A stretch of 64,000 bases of DNA, from contig CAZBGY010000001.1 of the NCBI GenBank assembly GCA_964491605.1, positions 23,694 through 87,693 of the forward strand. The letters run 5' to 3'. The position numbers and the translations under genes were made by a program. Under the pieces are notes generated by a model. That model had not been told where the DNA came from. It saw nothing but the letters and a program-made list of their open reading frames with translations, and did not search any database. The stretch is from an uncultured Candidatus Bathyarchaeia archaeon (GTDB lineage Archaea; Thermoproteota; CALKCG01; B24; DRYS01). Below are positions 29,045 through 38,734 of this stretch, piece after piece (position 1 is the first letter of the stretch; each line of letters begins with the position of its first letter).

Positions 29045-29089
29045 GATTCATCATGAAAACTTTAGGGATTCTAAAGGGGATATTAATAT

Positions 29090-30163
29090 TTATAGTGCTT
29101 CAACTATACGCTTCCAATCTACATTCTCCCTAAACAGTTTATACGCTATATCCACCCTTCTCTTATCACCCGGTTTAATCCTACCCACGAGTTCTCCTAC
29201 AAGCTCCACGGTAGTGTAGGTATCGTACGGGACCAATATGACAGGGACACCTTTCTCTTCAGCCCTAGCTAATACCCTTACATCCGGATATAGGTTACCC
29301 GTCAATATCAGCACTGATGTATCAGTCTCTAATGCTGCGAGAGCTATATCGGCTCTATCACCCCCAGTTATAACAGCTTTATTTACCGCCCTCCTAAAGA
29401 ATGAGAGAGCGGATTCAAGGGTCATAGCTCCTATCATAATCTCTTCTACGATACCGTCTAGTTTATCTTCGTGAACTAGTATCTCCCCGCCTATACGTTC
29501 ATATATATCTGCCACCGTAGGTGCTACTAGCTCGGCTCTCCTAGGTATAACTCCCAAGACATCTATCCCGTGCGATCTTAGTATCGACGACGCTATACCC
29601 CTCGCTCTCTCGATCACATATCTCCGAACATAGTTCAATACGACGCCGATCGTTTGCAATCCTTCAAGCTTCATATGCTCATGCATCTGTAGGATGCATC
29701 CTACATCTACATCAGACTCAAATAAGGATATTATCACAGCTTTACATCCAAGCACCTCCGCTATGAACCTGTAAGTCAATCCTGTAAGATAATTGAAGCC
29801 TGTATTCCTAGGAGCTTCCACTATAATTATATCTTTCCCGTCAGAGAGTTTGCGGTAGGCCTCATTTATCCTAAGGCATACATCTTGAAGTTTACCTTTA
29901 GCTATATCTTCTAGAACTCTATCGCTAGCTACATAGGGTGTGATATCCTCTAAACTATCTTCTAAGCTTAGAACATCCTTCATAAGGATGGAATCTTCAT
30001 CCATATACTCACCCTTAGATAGACTGGTTCTCAAACCTATCGGCTTCATATAGCCTATCTTATACCCTTCATTCCTCAAAGTGTATGCTAACCCTACGCA
30101 GAACGCTGTTTTCCCCGAGTAATCCCTCGGAGAGACTACGTAGAGCCCTTTACATCTAGACAT
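29090..30163 (-). CDS. DRTGG-domain protein (Pta N-terminal-domain-like, CobQ/MinD-type P-loop plus DRTGG)
   Basis: N-terminal P-loop-like SPRDYSGKTAFCVGLA and C-terminal VITGGDRADIALAALE (DRTGG); directly downstream of ADP-forming acetyl-CoA synthetase. Confidence 0.55.
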   Translation of the reverse strand: MSRCKGLYVVSPRDYSGKTAFCVGLAYTLRNEGYKIGYMKPIGLRTSLSKGEYMDEDSILMKDVLSLEDSLEDITPYVASDRVLEDIAKGKLQDVCLRINEAYRKLSDGKDIIIVEAPRNTGFNYLTGLTYRFIAEVLGCKAVIISLFESDVDVGCILQMHEHMKLEGLQTIGVVLNYVRRYVIERARGIASSILRSHGIDVLGVIPRRAELVAPTVADIYERIGGEILVHEDKLDGIVEEIMIGAMTLESALSFFRRAVNKAVITGGDRADIALAALETDTSVLILTGNLYPDVRVLARAEEKGVPVILVPYDTYTTVELVGELVGRIKPGDKRRVDIAYKLFRENVDWKRIVEAL

Positions 30164-30175
30164 AACCTAACCTCC

Positions 30176-32287
30176 TCACATAGATAAGGTAATCTTAGCA
30201 TCCACAGCTATACAACCTTTTCCCTTCTCGTATACGAATATAGGGTTTAGATCCATATCGGCTATCTCCCTGAACTCTGTAGATAACAACCCAACCCTAA
30301 CTATAACATCGACCAAAGATTCTATATCCGATGGCCCTCCCCCTCTTACACCTCTTAGAAGTGTATATGACCTAGTCTCCTTTATCATATCCAATGCTTC
30401 TTCGGTTGATAGCGGTGCCACCCTGAAACTTACATCCCTTATGAAATCCACATATATCCCTCCTAAACCGAACATTATCAGCGGGCCGAACTGCGGGTCT
30501 CTATGCATACCTACTATGACCTCCATACCTCTAGCCACCATCTTAGATACTTCGACTCCGTAGATATTCGCTCTAGGCATATACTTTCTCGTGTTCGATA
30601 CAACTTCTTCGAATGCATCTGCAACCTCGCTAGGAGAATTAAGGTTAAGTTTCACACCTCCTACATCCGTCTTATGAAGTATCTCAGGTGACGATACCTT
30701 AACCACTACAGGATAGCCTATCTCTTCAGCTATCTTAACAGCTTCTTCAGGTGTTCTAGCTAAACGGCATGATACCGTCGGTATATTGTACGCTGATAAT
30801 ATTTGAAAGGCTTCATAGCCTAAAAGGTTAACCCTCCTCTCCAGCTTGAATCTCGATAGTAAAGTTTCTACGAACTCTCTATCTACATCCTTCAGCTTCT
30901 GAGGTTCAGGTATATTTCTTAACTTTTCTATCGAACGTTTATAGTTGAAGAGTAAGCTTAAAGCTGAAGCAGCATCATCTGGGAAATCGAAATCGACTAT
31001 ACCTGATTTCCGTAGTATTGCTTTAGCTTCGCTCATCTCCTCTCCTCCTATGAACGATGCGAGTATGACTTTATCAGGATATCTACTTTTGAGTTCAGCT
31101 AAGACTTCAGCGGTCTCTCTAGGTTGACTCATAGCCTGAGGTGTAAGTATGACTATGAGTGCATCTACATTCCCTCTAGCTAATATGGTCTCAAGTGTTG
31201 TACGATACCTTTCAGCATCTGCGTCTCCAAGTATATCGATAGGATTATGGAGTGAAGCTGCGGGTGGAAGCTTAGCTCTAAGATCTCTAGCAAGCTCTAT
31301 CGGTATAGGTTCAAGCTCCACACCATAGCGTTCGCATGCATCCGTAGCTAGTATACCAGGTCCACCAGCGTTAGTAACTATGACTGTGCTATAGCTTTTA
31401 GGTATCGGCTGTGATGCGAATAGTCGTGCAGCGTTGAATAACTCCTCTAAGCTTCTAGCTCTTACAATCCCACACTGCTTGAATACAGCTTCATAGGCAG
31501 AATCACTTCCAGCTATCGATCCTGTATGTAGAGATGCGGCTACAGCTCCATGATGCGATGCACCGGCTTTAACGGCTATCACTGGTTTAACCGATGAGAC
31601 CGTACGAGCTATCATCCTAAACTTATCACCGTTAGATACGCTCTCTAGGTATAGGAGGATAACCTTCGTATTAGGATCCACACATAGACTCTCTATGACA
31701 TCCGATTCATCTATATCCGCTCTATTCCCGAGTGTTACGAATCTACTGAAACCTACACCGACCGATTTAGACCAGTTTAATATACTCGTAGCTAGAGCTC
31801 CACTTTGCGATATGAATGCGATAGACCCCTTCAACGGCTGTGTTGCCGCAAAGCTTGCATTCAACGGTGTATACGTATCTATGAAGCCTAGACAGTTGGG
31901 TCCTAAAATCCTCATACCATACCGGCGGCATACTGTTTGAAGCCTCACCTCCCTAACCAGTCCTTCAGGTCCAGTCTCTTTAAACCCAGCCGATACCACC
32001 ACTAGGTATTTCACACCTTTCCTACCGCATTCTTCAGCTACATCCACCACCATCTGAGCTGGGATCGATATAATAGCTAGATCGATATCAGACGGTACAT
32101 CCGATACTCTCGGGTAGCATTTAAGACCTAGAATCTCCGTAGCGTTAGGGTTTACAGGGTAAACCTCCCCCTTGAAGCCTGACGATATGATATTCGATAG
32201 GATCGCGTACCCTACCTTGCCAGGTATACGCGATGCTCCTATAACAGCTATCGTCGAAGGATTGAATAGCTTCTCCAACCCAGTCAT
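30176..32287 (-). CDS. acd: acetate--CoA ligase (ADP-forming), fused alpha/beta subunits
   Basis: 703 aa. N-terminal CoA-binding Rossmann motif (STIAVIGASRIPGKVG), a succinyl-CoA-synthetase-like ligase-CoA domain, and a C-terminal ATP-grasp. Confidence 0.85.
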   Translation of the reverse strand: MTGLEKLFNPSTIAVIGASRIPGKVGYAILSNIISSGFKGEVYPVNPNATEILGLKCYPRVSDVPSDIDLAIISIPAQMVVDVAEECGRKGVKYLVVVSAGFKETGPEGLVREVRLQTVCRRYGMRILGPNCLGFIDTYTPLNASFAATQPLKGSIAFISQSGALATSILNWSKSVGVGFSRFVTLGNRADIDESDVIESLCVDPNTKVILLYLESVSNGDKFRMIARTVSSVKPVIAVKAGASHHGAVAASLHTGSIAGSDSAYEAVFKQCGIVRARSLEELFNAARLFASQPIPKSYSTVIVTNAGGPGILATDACERYGVELEPIPIELARDLRAKLPPAASLHNPIDILGDADAERYRTTLETILARGNVDALIVILTPQAMSQPRETAEVLAELKSRYPDKVILASFIGGEEMSEAKAILRKSGIVDFDFPDDAASALSLLFNYKRSIEKLRNIPEPQKLKDVDREFVETLLSRFKLERRVNLLGYEAFQILSAYNIPTVSCRLARTPEEAVKIAEEIGYPVVVKVSSPEILHKTDVGGVKLNLNSPSEVADAFEEVVSNTRKYMPRANIYGVEVSKMVARGMEVIVGMHRDPQFGPLIMFGLGGIYVDFIRDVSFRVAPLSTEEALDMIKETRSYTLLRGVRGGGPSDIESLVDVIVRVGLLSTEFREIADMDLNPIFVYEKGKGCIAVDAKITLSM

Positions 32288-32468
32288 GAAGCCTCTCCTT
32301 AAAGCTTTTTACGCTAATTAAGTTCACTCCTATTTATGAGTATTTCTCATAAATATTTGCGTATAACGTTTATCTCTAATCGTTACAGGCTTAGTTAGTT
32401 ATTCTTATCAGACAGGGTCGGTGCGATATGAACCCTATGGATATCCTGCCATAATATCGCTACGATCC

Positions 32469-33059
32469 TCATGCCGGTATATTATCCGCTACATGTAACG
32501 CTGCTATGAGAGCTTTCCAAACGTTATCCGAGAATACGGTGAGGATTAGATCTCCATCCATAAGATTGAAACGTTCTCTAAGTATACGTGCATATATTTC
32601 GTTCTCACCTTTCAGATCCTCTACTACTCCAGGTATCTGTAGCCGTCCCTCCATATACTTTATAGTTACGAGGGCTTTAGCACCTGTCGCGATAGCTTTA
32701 TCCCTTTCCTCCAACCCTAAACCTATATTTCCAGCCTTCCCACGTATATGTAGGATTACGGATGGCATATTCAACCCTAAGAATCCATGTCCCTGGATGG
32801 CGATACCCTCTATGGATCTCCTACTTAGGAGGTTGGATAACTGCTCATAACCCTTCTCGGTTAGCTTAACCCCCCTGTTCGTGATCTCCAATAATCTAGC
32901 GTCTCTCATGCGGTGTATCATACCTCTCACTATACCTTCAGGTAAATTAAGTATACGGGATAGAGTAATCCTCCCCATAGATCCGAGTTTATATAGGACT
33001 ATTAAGACGGCTTCCTCGGCTAAACCCAGCATAGCGGTATTTCTAGTCCTTCTAGTCAT
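32469..33059 (-). CDS. putative winged-helix transcriptional regulator with uncharacterised C-terminal domain
   Basis: N-terminal wHTH-like segment (LIVLYKLGSMGRITLSRILNLPEGIVRGMIHRMRDARLLE); the remaining 120 aa have no recognisable motif. Confidence 0.4.
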   Translation of the reverse strand: MTRRTRNTAMLGLAEEAVLIVLYKLGSMGRITLSRILNLPEGIVRGMIHRMRDARLLEITNRGVKLTEKGYEQLSNLLSRRSIEGIAIQGHGFLGLNMPSVILHIRGKAGNIGLGLEERDKAIATGAKALVTIKYMEGRLQIPGVVEDLKGENEIYARILRERFNLMDGDLILTVFSDNVWKALIAALHVADNIPA

Positions 33060-33795
33060 CGCCGATTATCTCTGATAAATTAGATTATCATGAGGATCAT
33101 AAAGCTTATCCTATGCATTCTAGGGAACTTAATTACCATTTCTCCATCCCCTTACATCTGCTATCTCCTTCACCATAGCTACAAGACGCTTTAGTGATAG
33201 GAATATTAAGATTTTTATATCGAGAAGAGTATTTTTCTCGATCTATCTAAGGTAATTTTTCTTTTAAAATGTTTATATATATAACTAAATAGCTAGATGT
33301 ATTATATCTACAAGCTTTACATTTGGAAAATTTAGCCTATTCTGATTGTCTTCTTTCGCATCCCAAGCATATTTTTGATTTATTTCTGACTTTAACATTT
33401 TTCTAGAAGTGATCTTGCTGTTCTAAGCATAATCTATATAAATCGAAACTATATCATGATATATTTTAGTAAACAATCAAGCATCCTTTTCTTTCTTCAT
33501 ATAAGTTTCACGATTGATACGCAAATTGTTTTTAACCTCTACGTTTAATAATGTCCAGTAACGTTTCACCCTCTAATCTCAGGGTAACGGTACTCACCAG
33601 TCTAATCCTTAACAGAAGAGCCTATCTTGAGATCTACGATCTCTTATGAACCTCCCTCGGCAGTAGAGGCCCCGATTATCGCTAAACTTACCTAATAGAC
33701 AAACTGTCTTTTTCTAAAGTTAATTATTCAAGAACCATTGAAGAATCCTCTCATGGAACTACCGTGAGGGATTTCTAGCTTCAGTGCGGGGCATG

Positions 33796-34560
33796 CTATC
33801 CTTCCAGCATCTCCTCTCCGCCTGTGAATACCCTTGTTAAAGCTGCCGATAATAGCGGTAATCCCTCACCGGTCTTAGCGGATACAGGTATAAGCTCTGA
33901 GAAAATATCTAAACTCTTCAATCCTTCAACTATACTCCTAGCCATAAAAAGCCCTTCATCTTTGATCGCCTCTTCAACATCTGCTTCTAGTATATCGAAA
34001 TCTTCGAACCAATCTAGAATCTTCTCCCTAGTATCCTCATCCACTAGATCTGCTTTACTGAGAACATAGATTTGAGGTTCAAGTATCCTCGTGTATACCG
34101 CGACCGATAGGTATAGGTTCGATACGAAGTTTAGAGGATTCGCTGAGAAGGGAGCGTCTATAAGGTATACTATAGCTTTAGGATTCCTAGATATCTCTCT
34201 AACTATGAACGGACCGCTTGCACGGAAGGCGAACAATTCCAGCTGACCCGGCGTATCGACCAATATATACTCTGCACCCGTATCCTCTATCTCATCCCTA
34301 AGATCCTCTATATAGTTCGCTACGAGGTCTGAAGCCATCACGAGAGCACCGTTCGGTCCTAGCCCATACTCCTCCTGTATATCCTCGACCGATATGTAGG
34401 CTCTCACATCTATATCGGGGTTGTACGGTAGATTCAACACGCCTGGATCAAGGTTCACCGTACATACATCCTGCTCCTTCTCTAGTAGATACTCTGCTAA
34501 AGCTGAGGTTAGCATACTCTTTCCAGATCCCGCTGAACCTACTATGAAAGCTAAGAACAT
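33796..34560 (-). CDS. GPN-loop GTPase
   Basis: Walker A GSAGSGKS, diagnostic GPNG motif (YGLGPNGAL), DTPGQ switch II, SKAD G4. Confidence 0.85.
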   Translation of the reverse strand: MFLAFIVGSAGSGKSMLTSALAEYLLEKEQDVCTVNLDPGVLNLPYNPDIDVRAYISVEDIQEEYGLGPNGALVMASDLVANYIEDLRDEIEDTGAEYILVDTPGQLELFAFRASGPFIVREISRNPKAIVYLIDAPFSANPLNFVSNLYLSVAVYTRILEPQIYVLSKADLVDEDTREKILDWFEDFDILEADVEEAIKDEGLFMARSIVEGLKSLDIFSELIPVSAKTGEGLPLLSAALTRVFTGGEEMLEG

Positions 34561-34612
34561 CTCCTGATCGTAAATCTTAAGAGTACTTGTAAATTAGTTT
34601 ATCTGAAGTGCT

Positions 34613-35974
34613 ATGAAGCTAGCCGAGATAGAGAAACTACTATCTAAAGTCGGTGGAGATTACGTAGAAGATTTGAAGGCAGTCCTCAAGCAGCCTAGTA
34701 TCTCAGCTAGAGGTGAAGGTATCGATGCATGCGCGCACATGCTTAGAGATTTCATGAAGAATGCAGGGTTTAGTGTTGAGATGTGGAAGGTCGGCGACGC
34801 TAACCCGGTAATCTACGGAGAGGTACGTTCAAGTTCTCCTAAAACCCTGCTGATGTATGGGCATTACGATGTCCAGCCTCCAGAACCTCTAGAAGAATGG
34901 ACTTCACCCCCGTTCGAAGCCGTGGAAAGCGATGGTAGGATAATAGCTAGAGGAGCTGCCGATAGTAAATCCAACGTGATGGCTATAATCAAAGCTGTAG
35001 AATCGTATTCTAGGCTGGGCTTCGATCTACCTGTAAACCTTAAAGTATTATTCGAAGGAGAGGAGGAGATAGGCAGCCCCAACCTACCTAGATACATCGA
35101 GATGTATAGGAGTAGGCTTAAAGCAGATGCGGCAGTATGCTTCGATGGGGGTCTCGATCCTAAAGGTAGACCTGAACTATGGCTTGGGCTTAAAGGTATG
35201 CTCTACGTAGAGCTTAGATGTAAGACTGCTAGCGTCGATGCGCATTCATCTCTAGCACCGTTGATAGATAACCCTGCTTGGAGGCTTATACAAGCTTTAT
35301 TCTCTCTAAGATCCCCTGATGGATCGATCCTCGTAGATGGATGGTATGATGATGTACGCGTACCCATGGAGGAGGATATCAAACTCGTCGAAGGTATCGA
35401 TTACGAGACGCTGCTAACAGGTTTAAAAAAGCATTTCAAGGTGGATCGATTCCTAAGCGGTGTCGAAGGTATAGATGCTTTGAAGAAGCTTCTATTCCAG
35501 CCTACATGTAATATTGCTGGCTTCAATTCAGGCTATACCGGTTTAGGTGTGAAGACGGTTCTACCTAAGGAAGCCTATGTTAAACTAGATTTCAGGCTCG
35601 TATACGATCAGAACCCGTATAGGCTTCTTGAGAATCTTAAGAAGCATCTAAAAGCTAAAGGGTTCGAAGATATAGAGGTGGAGGCTTTAAATTTCTTAGA
35701 ACCATCTAAGACACCACCTTCCGCTCCGATAGTCGGAGCGGTAGCATCCGCAGCATCAGAGGTCTATGGTTTAAAGCCGCAGATCTATCCCAACTCTCCA
35801 GGATCTGGTCCAGACTATCTATTCACTAAGCGTCTAGGTTTAAATTCTGTATGGACTGGATGTGCTCCGCCGTTATCTAACGCCCATGCTCCAAACGAGT
35901 ATACGACTAGAGAATCGTTCCTTAAAGGCGTGTTATTCGCTTCATCTATAATGGAGTGCTATAGCCGTTTATAG
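34613..35974 (+). CDS. M20-family metallopeptidase (dipeptidase / ArgE-DapE-CPG2-like)
   Basis: YGHYDVQPPEP..W...PF motif, GAADSK and an EGEEEIGS metal-ligand region; 453 aa. Confidence 0.75.
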   Translation: MKLAEIEKLLSKVGGDYVEDLKAVLKQPSISARGEGIDACAHMLRDFMKNAGFSVEMWKVGDANPVIYGEVRSSSPKTLLMYGHYDVQPPEPLEEWTSPPFEAVESDGRIIARGAADSKSNVMAIIKAVESYSRLGFDLPVNLKVLFEGEEEIGSPNLPRYIEMYRSRLKADAAVCFDGGLDPKGRPELWLGLKGMLYVELRCKTASVDAHSSLAPLIDNPAWRLIQALFSLRSPDGSILVDGWYDDVRVPMEEDIKLVEGIDYETLLTGLKKHFKVDRFLSGVEGIDALKKLLFQPTCNIAGFNSGYTGLGVKTVLPKEAYVKLDFRLVYDQNPYRLLENLKKHLKAKGFEDIEVEALNFLEPSKTPPSAPIVGAVASAASEVYGLKPQIYPNSPGSGPDYLFTKRLGLNSVWTGCAPPLSNAHAPNEYTTRESFLKGVLFASSIMECYSRL

Positions 35975-35993
35975 GTAGAGGTTTGAATTTGTT

Positions 35994-36758
35994 ATGTCCG
36001 ATTTGGTGTTTGATATAGAAGCTATACTCTTCGATCTAATAGGTACCTTGGTATACGTGGAGCCTGTAGAACATATACAGGAGAAGCGTATGATCGATTC
36101 TCTTATACGTTCGGGATTCGCTCTTGATGAAAGCTTCATAGATGTATATAGGAGGGTTTTCGTTAAGTATTCTAGGATAAGACATAGCTTGCTCGTAGAA
36201 ATTCCGAATAGCGTATGGGTTGCGGAATCTTTGAGGATGGTAGGATATGACGTAGAGCCATCTGAGAGGAGCGTGGAGGATGCTGTAGAGGAATATTTTA
36301 AGCCGTATATAGAAGCGGCTAGACCCTTTAGATGCGTATACATGGTATTTGAGATCCTGAGGAATTCAGGATTTAAGATAGCTTTAGTATCGAATTTCAC
36401 ATGGGGGAAGGCTGTCAGGAGTATACTATCGAATCTTCTATTAGACCGATTCTTTGATTCTATATCCATATCGTATGATGTCGGCTATAGAAAGCCTCAT
36501 CCAGCTATATTCATGAAGGCTTTATCGGAGATAGGCGTCGAAGCATCTAAAAGCATCTTCGTAGGCGATAACCCATATACAGATATCTACGGCGCTTCAT
36601 CGATAGGTATGAAGACTATCCTAGTATTGAATCCGTCGGAGCAGTATGATGAAGCATGCTACGAAGAATACCTGTATGCTAGGGATCCAGACTATATCCT
36701 CGAAGATGTCTGCCATATACCGTCGGAAATACTAGGCTTAGAAGCGGGAAATGCTTAA
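35994..36758 (+). CDS. HAD-superfamily hydrolase (subfamily IA)
   Basis: Motif I FDLIGTLV, motif III K, motif IV VGDNPYTDI. Confidence 0.7.
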   Translation: MSDLVFDIEAILFDLIGTLVYVEPVEHIQEKRMIDSLIRSGFALDESFIDVYRRVFVKYSRIRHSLLVEIPNSVWVAESLRMVGYDVEPSERSVEDAVEEYFKPYIEAARPFRCVYMVFEILRNSGFKIALVSNFTWGKAVRSILSNLLLDRFFDSISISYDVGYRKPHPAIFMKALSEIGVEASKSIFVGDNPYTDIYGASSIGMKTILVLNPSEQYDEACYEEYLYARDPDYILEDVCHIPSEILGLEAGNA

Positions 36759-36794
36759 AAGAAAGTCTGAAACCTTGTTTATGGTAATCTAATC

Positions 36795-38213
36795 TTGGTA
36801 GAATCCAATACTGATAGTAGGCTGAAGGTTGTATCGATACTACTAGTATCGATTGTAATGGTAACTATCGCTAAAGCCACCGCCGCTCTCCTAACCGGAA
36901 GCTTATTCCTGAAAGCTGAAACATTCGATTCACTCCTGGATATAATCAACATATCGATAATATACTTCGCCGTGAATTTTTCGATGAACCCTCCAGATAG
37001 AGATCATCACTATGGTCACGGTAAAGCTGAGAGTTTAGCCGCATTTCTCGAAGCATTATTCATACTATTCGTAGTCATGCTCATACTCTACGAATCTATA
37101 CAGCGTATCTTAAACCCTACTCCGATCGGTAACTACTCCATAGGGCTATCCATACTCGCATCTATAATCCTAATAGACCTAGCACTGTTCATATACTCTA
37201 GGAGAGCCGCGGCACACCATCTAAGCCCAGCTCTAGAAGCTTGCTCCGTTAACCTGCTAGGCGATCTAGCTAGATCGATACCTGAGATAATCTGCTTCGC
37301 TTTCATAGCTTTCAGCGGCTTCTACATATTCGATGTAGCAGTATCCATCATCCTATCGATCATACTCGCTAGAGAATCGTATAAGCTCCTCTTCAAATCC
37401 TCAGGTATACTACTCGATAGAGCTCCCACAGGTATAGCTGAGAAGATATCCCTAATCCTATCGGGTTTAGATGTCGTGGAGAAGATTAAACGTATCAGGG
37501 TTAGGAGTTTAGGTGATAGGCTTCAAGTGGATTTATCCCTCTCCATAAAGAGCGACTCTAGCATAACAGAGGCTCACAGTATCGCAGATTACATCGAAGA
37601 AAAAGTTAGAGCTCTATATAGGGATGCGGATGTAACAATCCATATAGAACCACCACAAAAAGCGGATCTAGAATCGCTAATTAAGAATACCGTCTTCAGA
37701 AATCCGAAGGTTAGAAATATACATAGTATACGAGCATATACTGTCGGAAGTAAACTGGCACTTATATTTCACTTAGAATTAGATCCATCGATACCCTTAG
37801 ATGAAGCTCATAGAGTATCAGAAGAGATAGAAGATAATCTGATGAGAGCCATACCGAATCTAGGATTCGTAAGTATACATACGGAATCAAGCTTAGAACG
37901 ATCGGAAGCCACCCTTAAAGAGGTGGAAGATAGAGAGATGCTGACGGTCATAGAAGAAGCTAAAAGAAATATAGAAGGAATAGAGGAGATCCATGAAGCC
38001 ACGGTAATCGAATCTAAAGGTACAAAAGTGTTAACACTACACATAGAGCTTAAACCAGATATACCGCTCAGAAAGGCTCATCAGATAGCTTCAAACATAG
38101 AAGTATACCTGAAAGAGAGGCTTAAAGTAGGCGAGGTCTACATACATCTAGAACCTAGAAAACCCTTAAATCAGGAATTAGATATAAAAAATACCGGTGA
38201 TATGGACCCGTAG
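36795..38213 (+). CDS. cation diffusion facilitator (CDF) transporter with three tandem cytoplasmic C-terminal (ZT_dimer-like) domains
   Basis: 6-TM CDF core with HYGHGKAESLAA. Three homologous C-terminal repeats each end in I/HxEP or HTES (…VTIHIEP / …VSIHTES / …VYIHLEP). The stop codon TAG lies inside the 5' acceptor stem of tRNA-Arg(TCT). Confidence 0.7.
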   Translation: MVESNTDSRLKVVSILLVSIVMVTIAKATAALLTGSLFLKAETFDSLLDIINISIIYFAVNFSMNPPDRDHHYGHGKAESLAAFLEALFILFVVMLILYESIQRILNPTPIGNYSIGLSILASIILIDLALFIYSRRAAAHHLSPALEACSVNLLGDLARSIPEIICFAFIAFSGFYIFDVAVSIILSIILARESYKLLFKSSGILLDRAPTGIAEKISLILSGLDVVEKIKRIRVRSLGDRLQVDLSLSIKSDSSITEAHSIADYIEEKVRALYRDADVTIHIEPPQKADLESLIKNTVFRNPKVRNIHSIRAYTVGSKLALIFHLELDPSIPLDEAHRVSEEIEDNLMRAIPNLGFVSIHTESSLERSEATLKEVEDREMLTVIEEAKRNIEGIEEIHEATVIESKGTKVLTLHIELKPDIPLRKAHQIASNIEVYLKERLKVGEVYIHLEPRKPLNQELDIKNTGDMDP

Positions 38214-38278
38214 CGCAGTCAGGACAGCGCACCGGCCCTCTAAGCCGGTGGTCGCGGGTTCGAATCCCGCCGGGTCCG
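38204..38278 (+). tRNA. tRNA-Arg (anticodon TCT), no encoded CCA
   Basis: Near-identical acceptor, D and T arms to the tRNA-Arg(CCT) at 22262. Anticodon stem CCGGC/GCCGG; loop CCTCTAA, which has an unusual C at position 33. Confidence 0.75.
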
Positions 38279-38734
38279 CTACTACTTCTCTGCTAGTTTC
38301 TAGGTTTATACGGGCTTCTTTTTGCTGGTAGCATGAATATTTCTACTAATAGCATGGTTTTCTCCGTAAGCTATCGCTCTTAGAAGCTGATTTACATTTT
38401 CTTAACCTGGCTTTTTCGCCGTCTTTATAGATTTTCGGTATCACTTCCGCTTTAAAGATACGGCTATAGATACAGAGCCTTTAGCTGGGTATCCCCTCGT
38501 CTTTGAAAAATGTTACTAAGCTAAGTAGAAGCTATCTAAAACTCGGATAACCCTTAAAGCCTCTCCTAACCTATCAACTAGGCATAGTTCGGATTATTCG
38601 GGAAATCTATGCTTCCTATCAATGTTTGAATCTGATTAGAAACTAGCTATTTGTTCTAGCCCCATACTTTAACTAAAGTAGAGCCTGATTGATGAATTAC
38701 CTCTTAGATGCTGAAATACGATATTACTATATGC

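Noticed and set aside
33060-33795. Replication origin (oriC) interpretation of the AT-rich segment
   Set aside because: No orc1/cdc6 gene is adjacent, and I could not find convincing ORB/mini-ORB inverted repeats. It is kept only as an open possibility in the findings.
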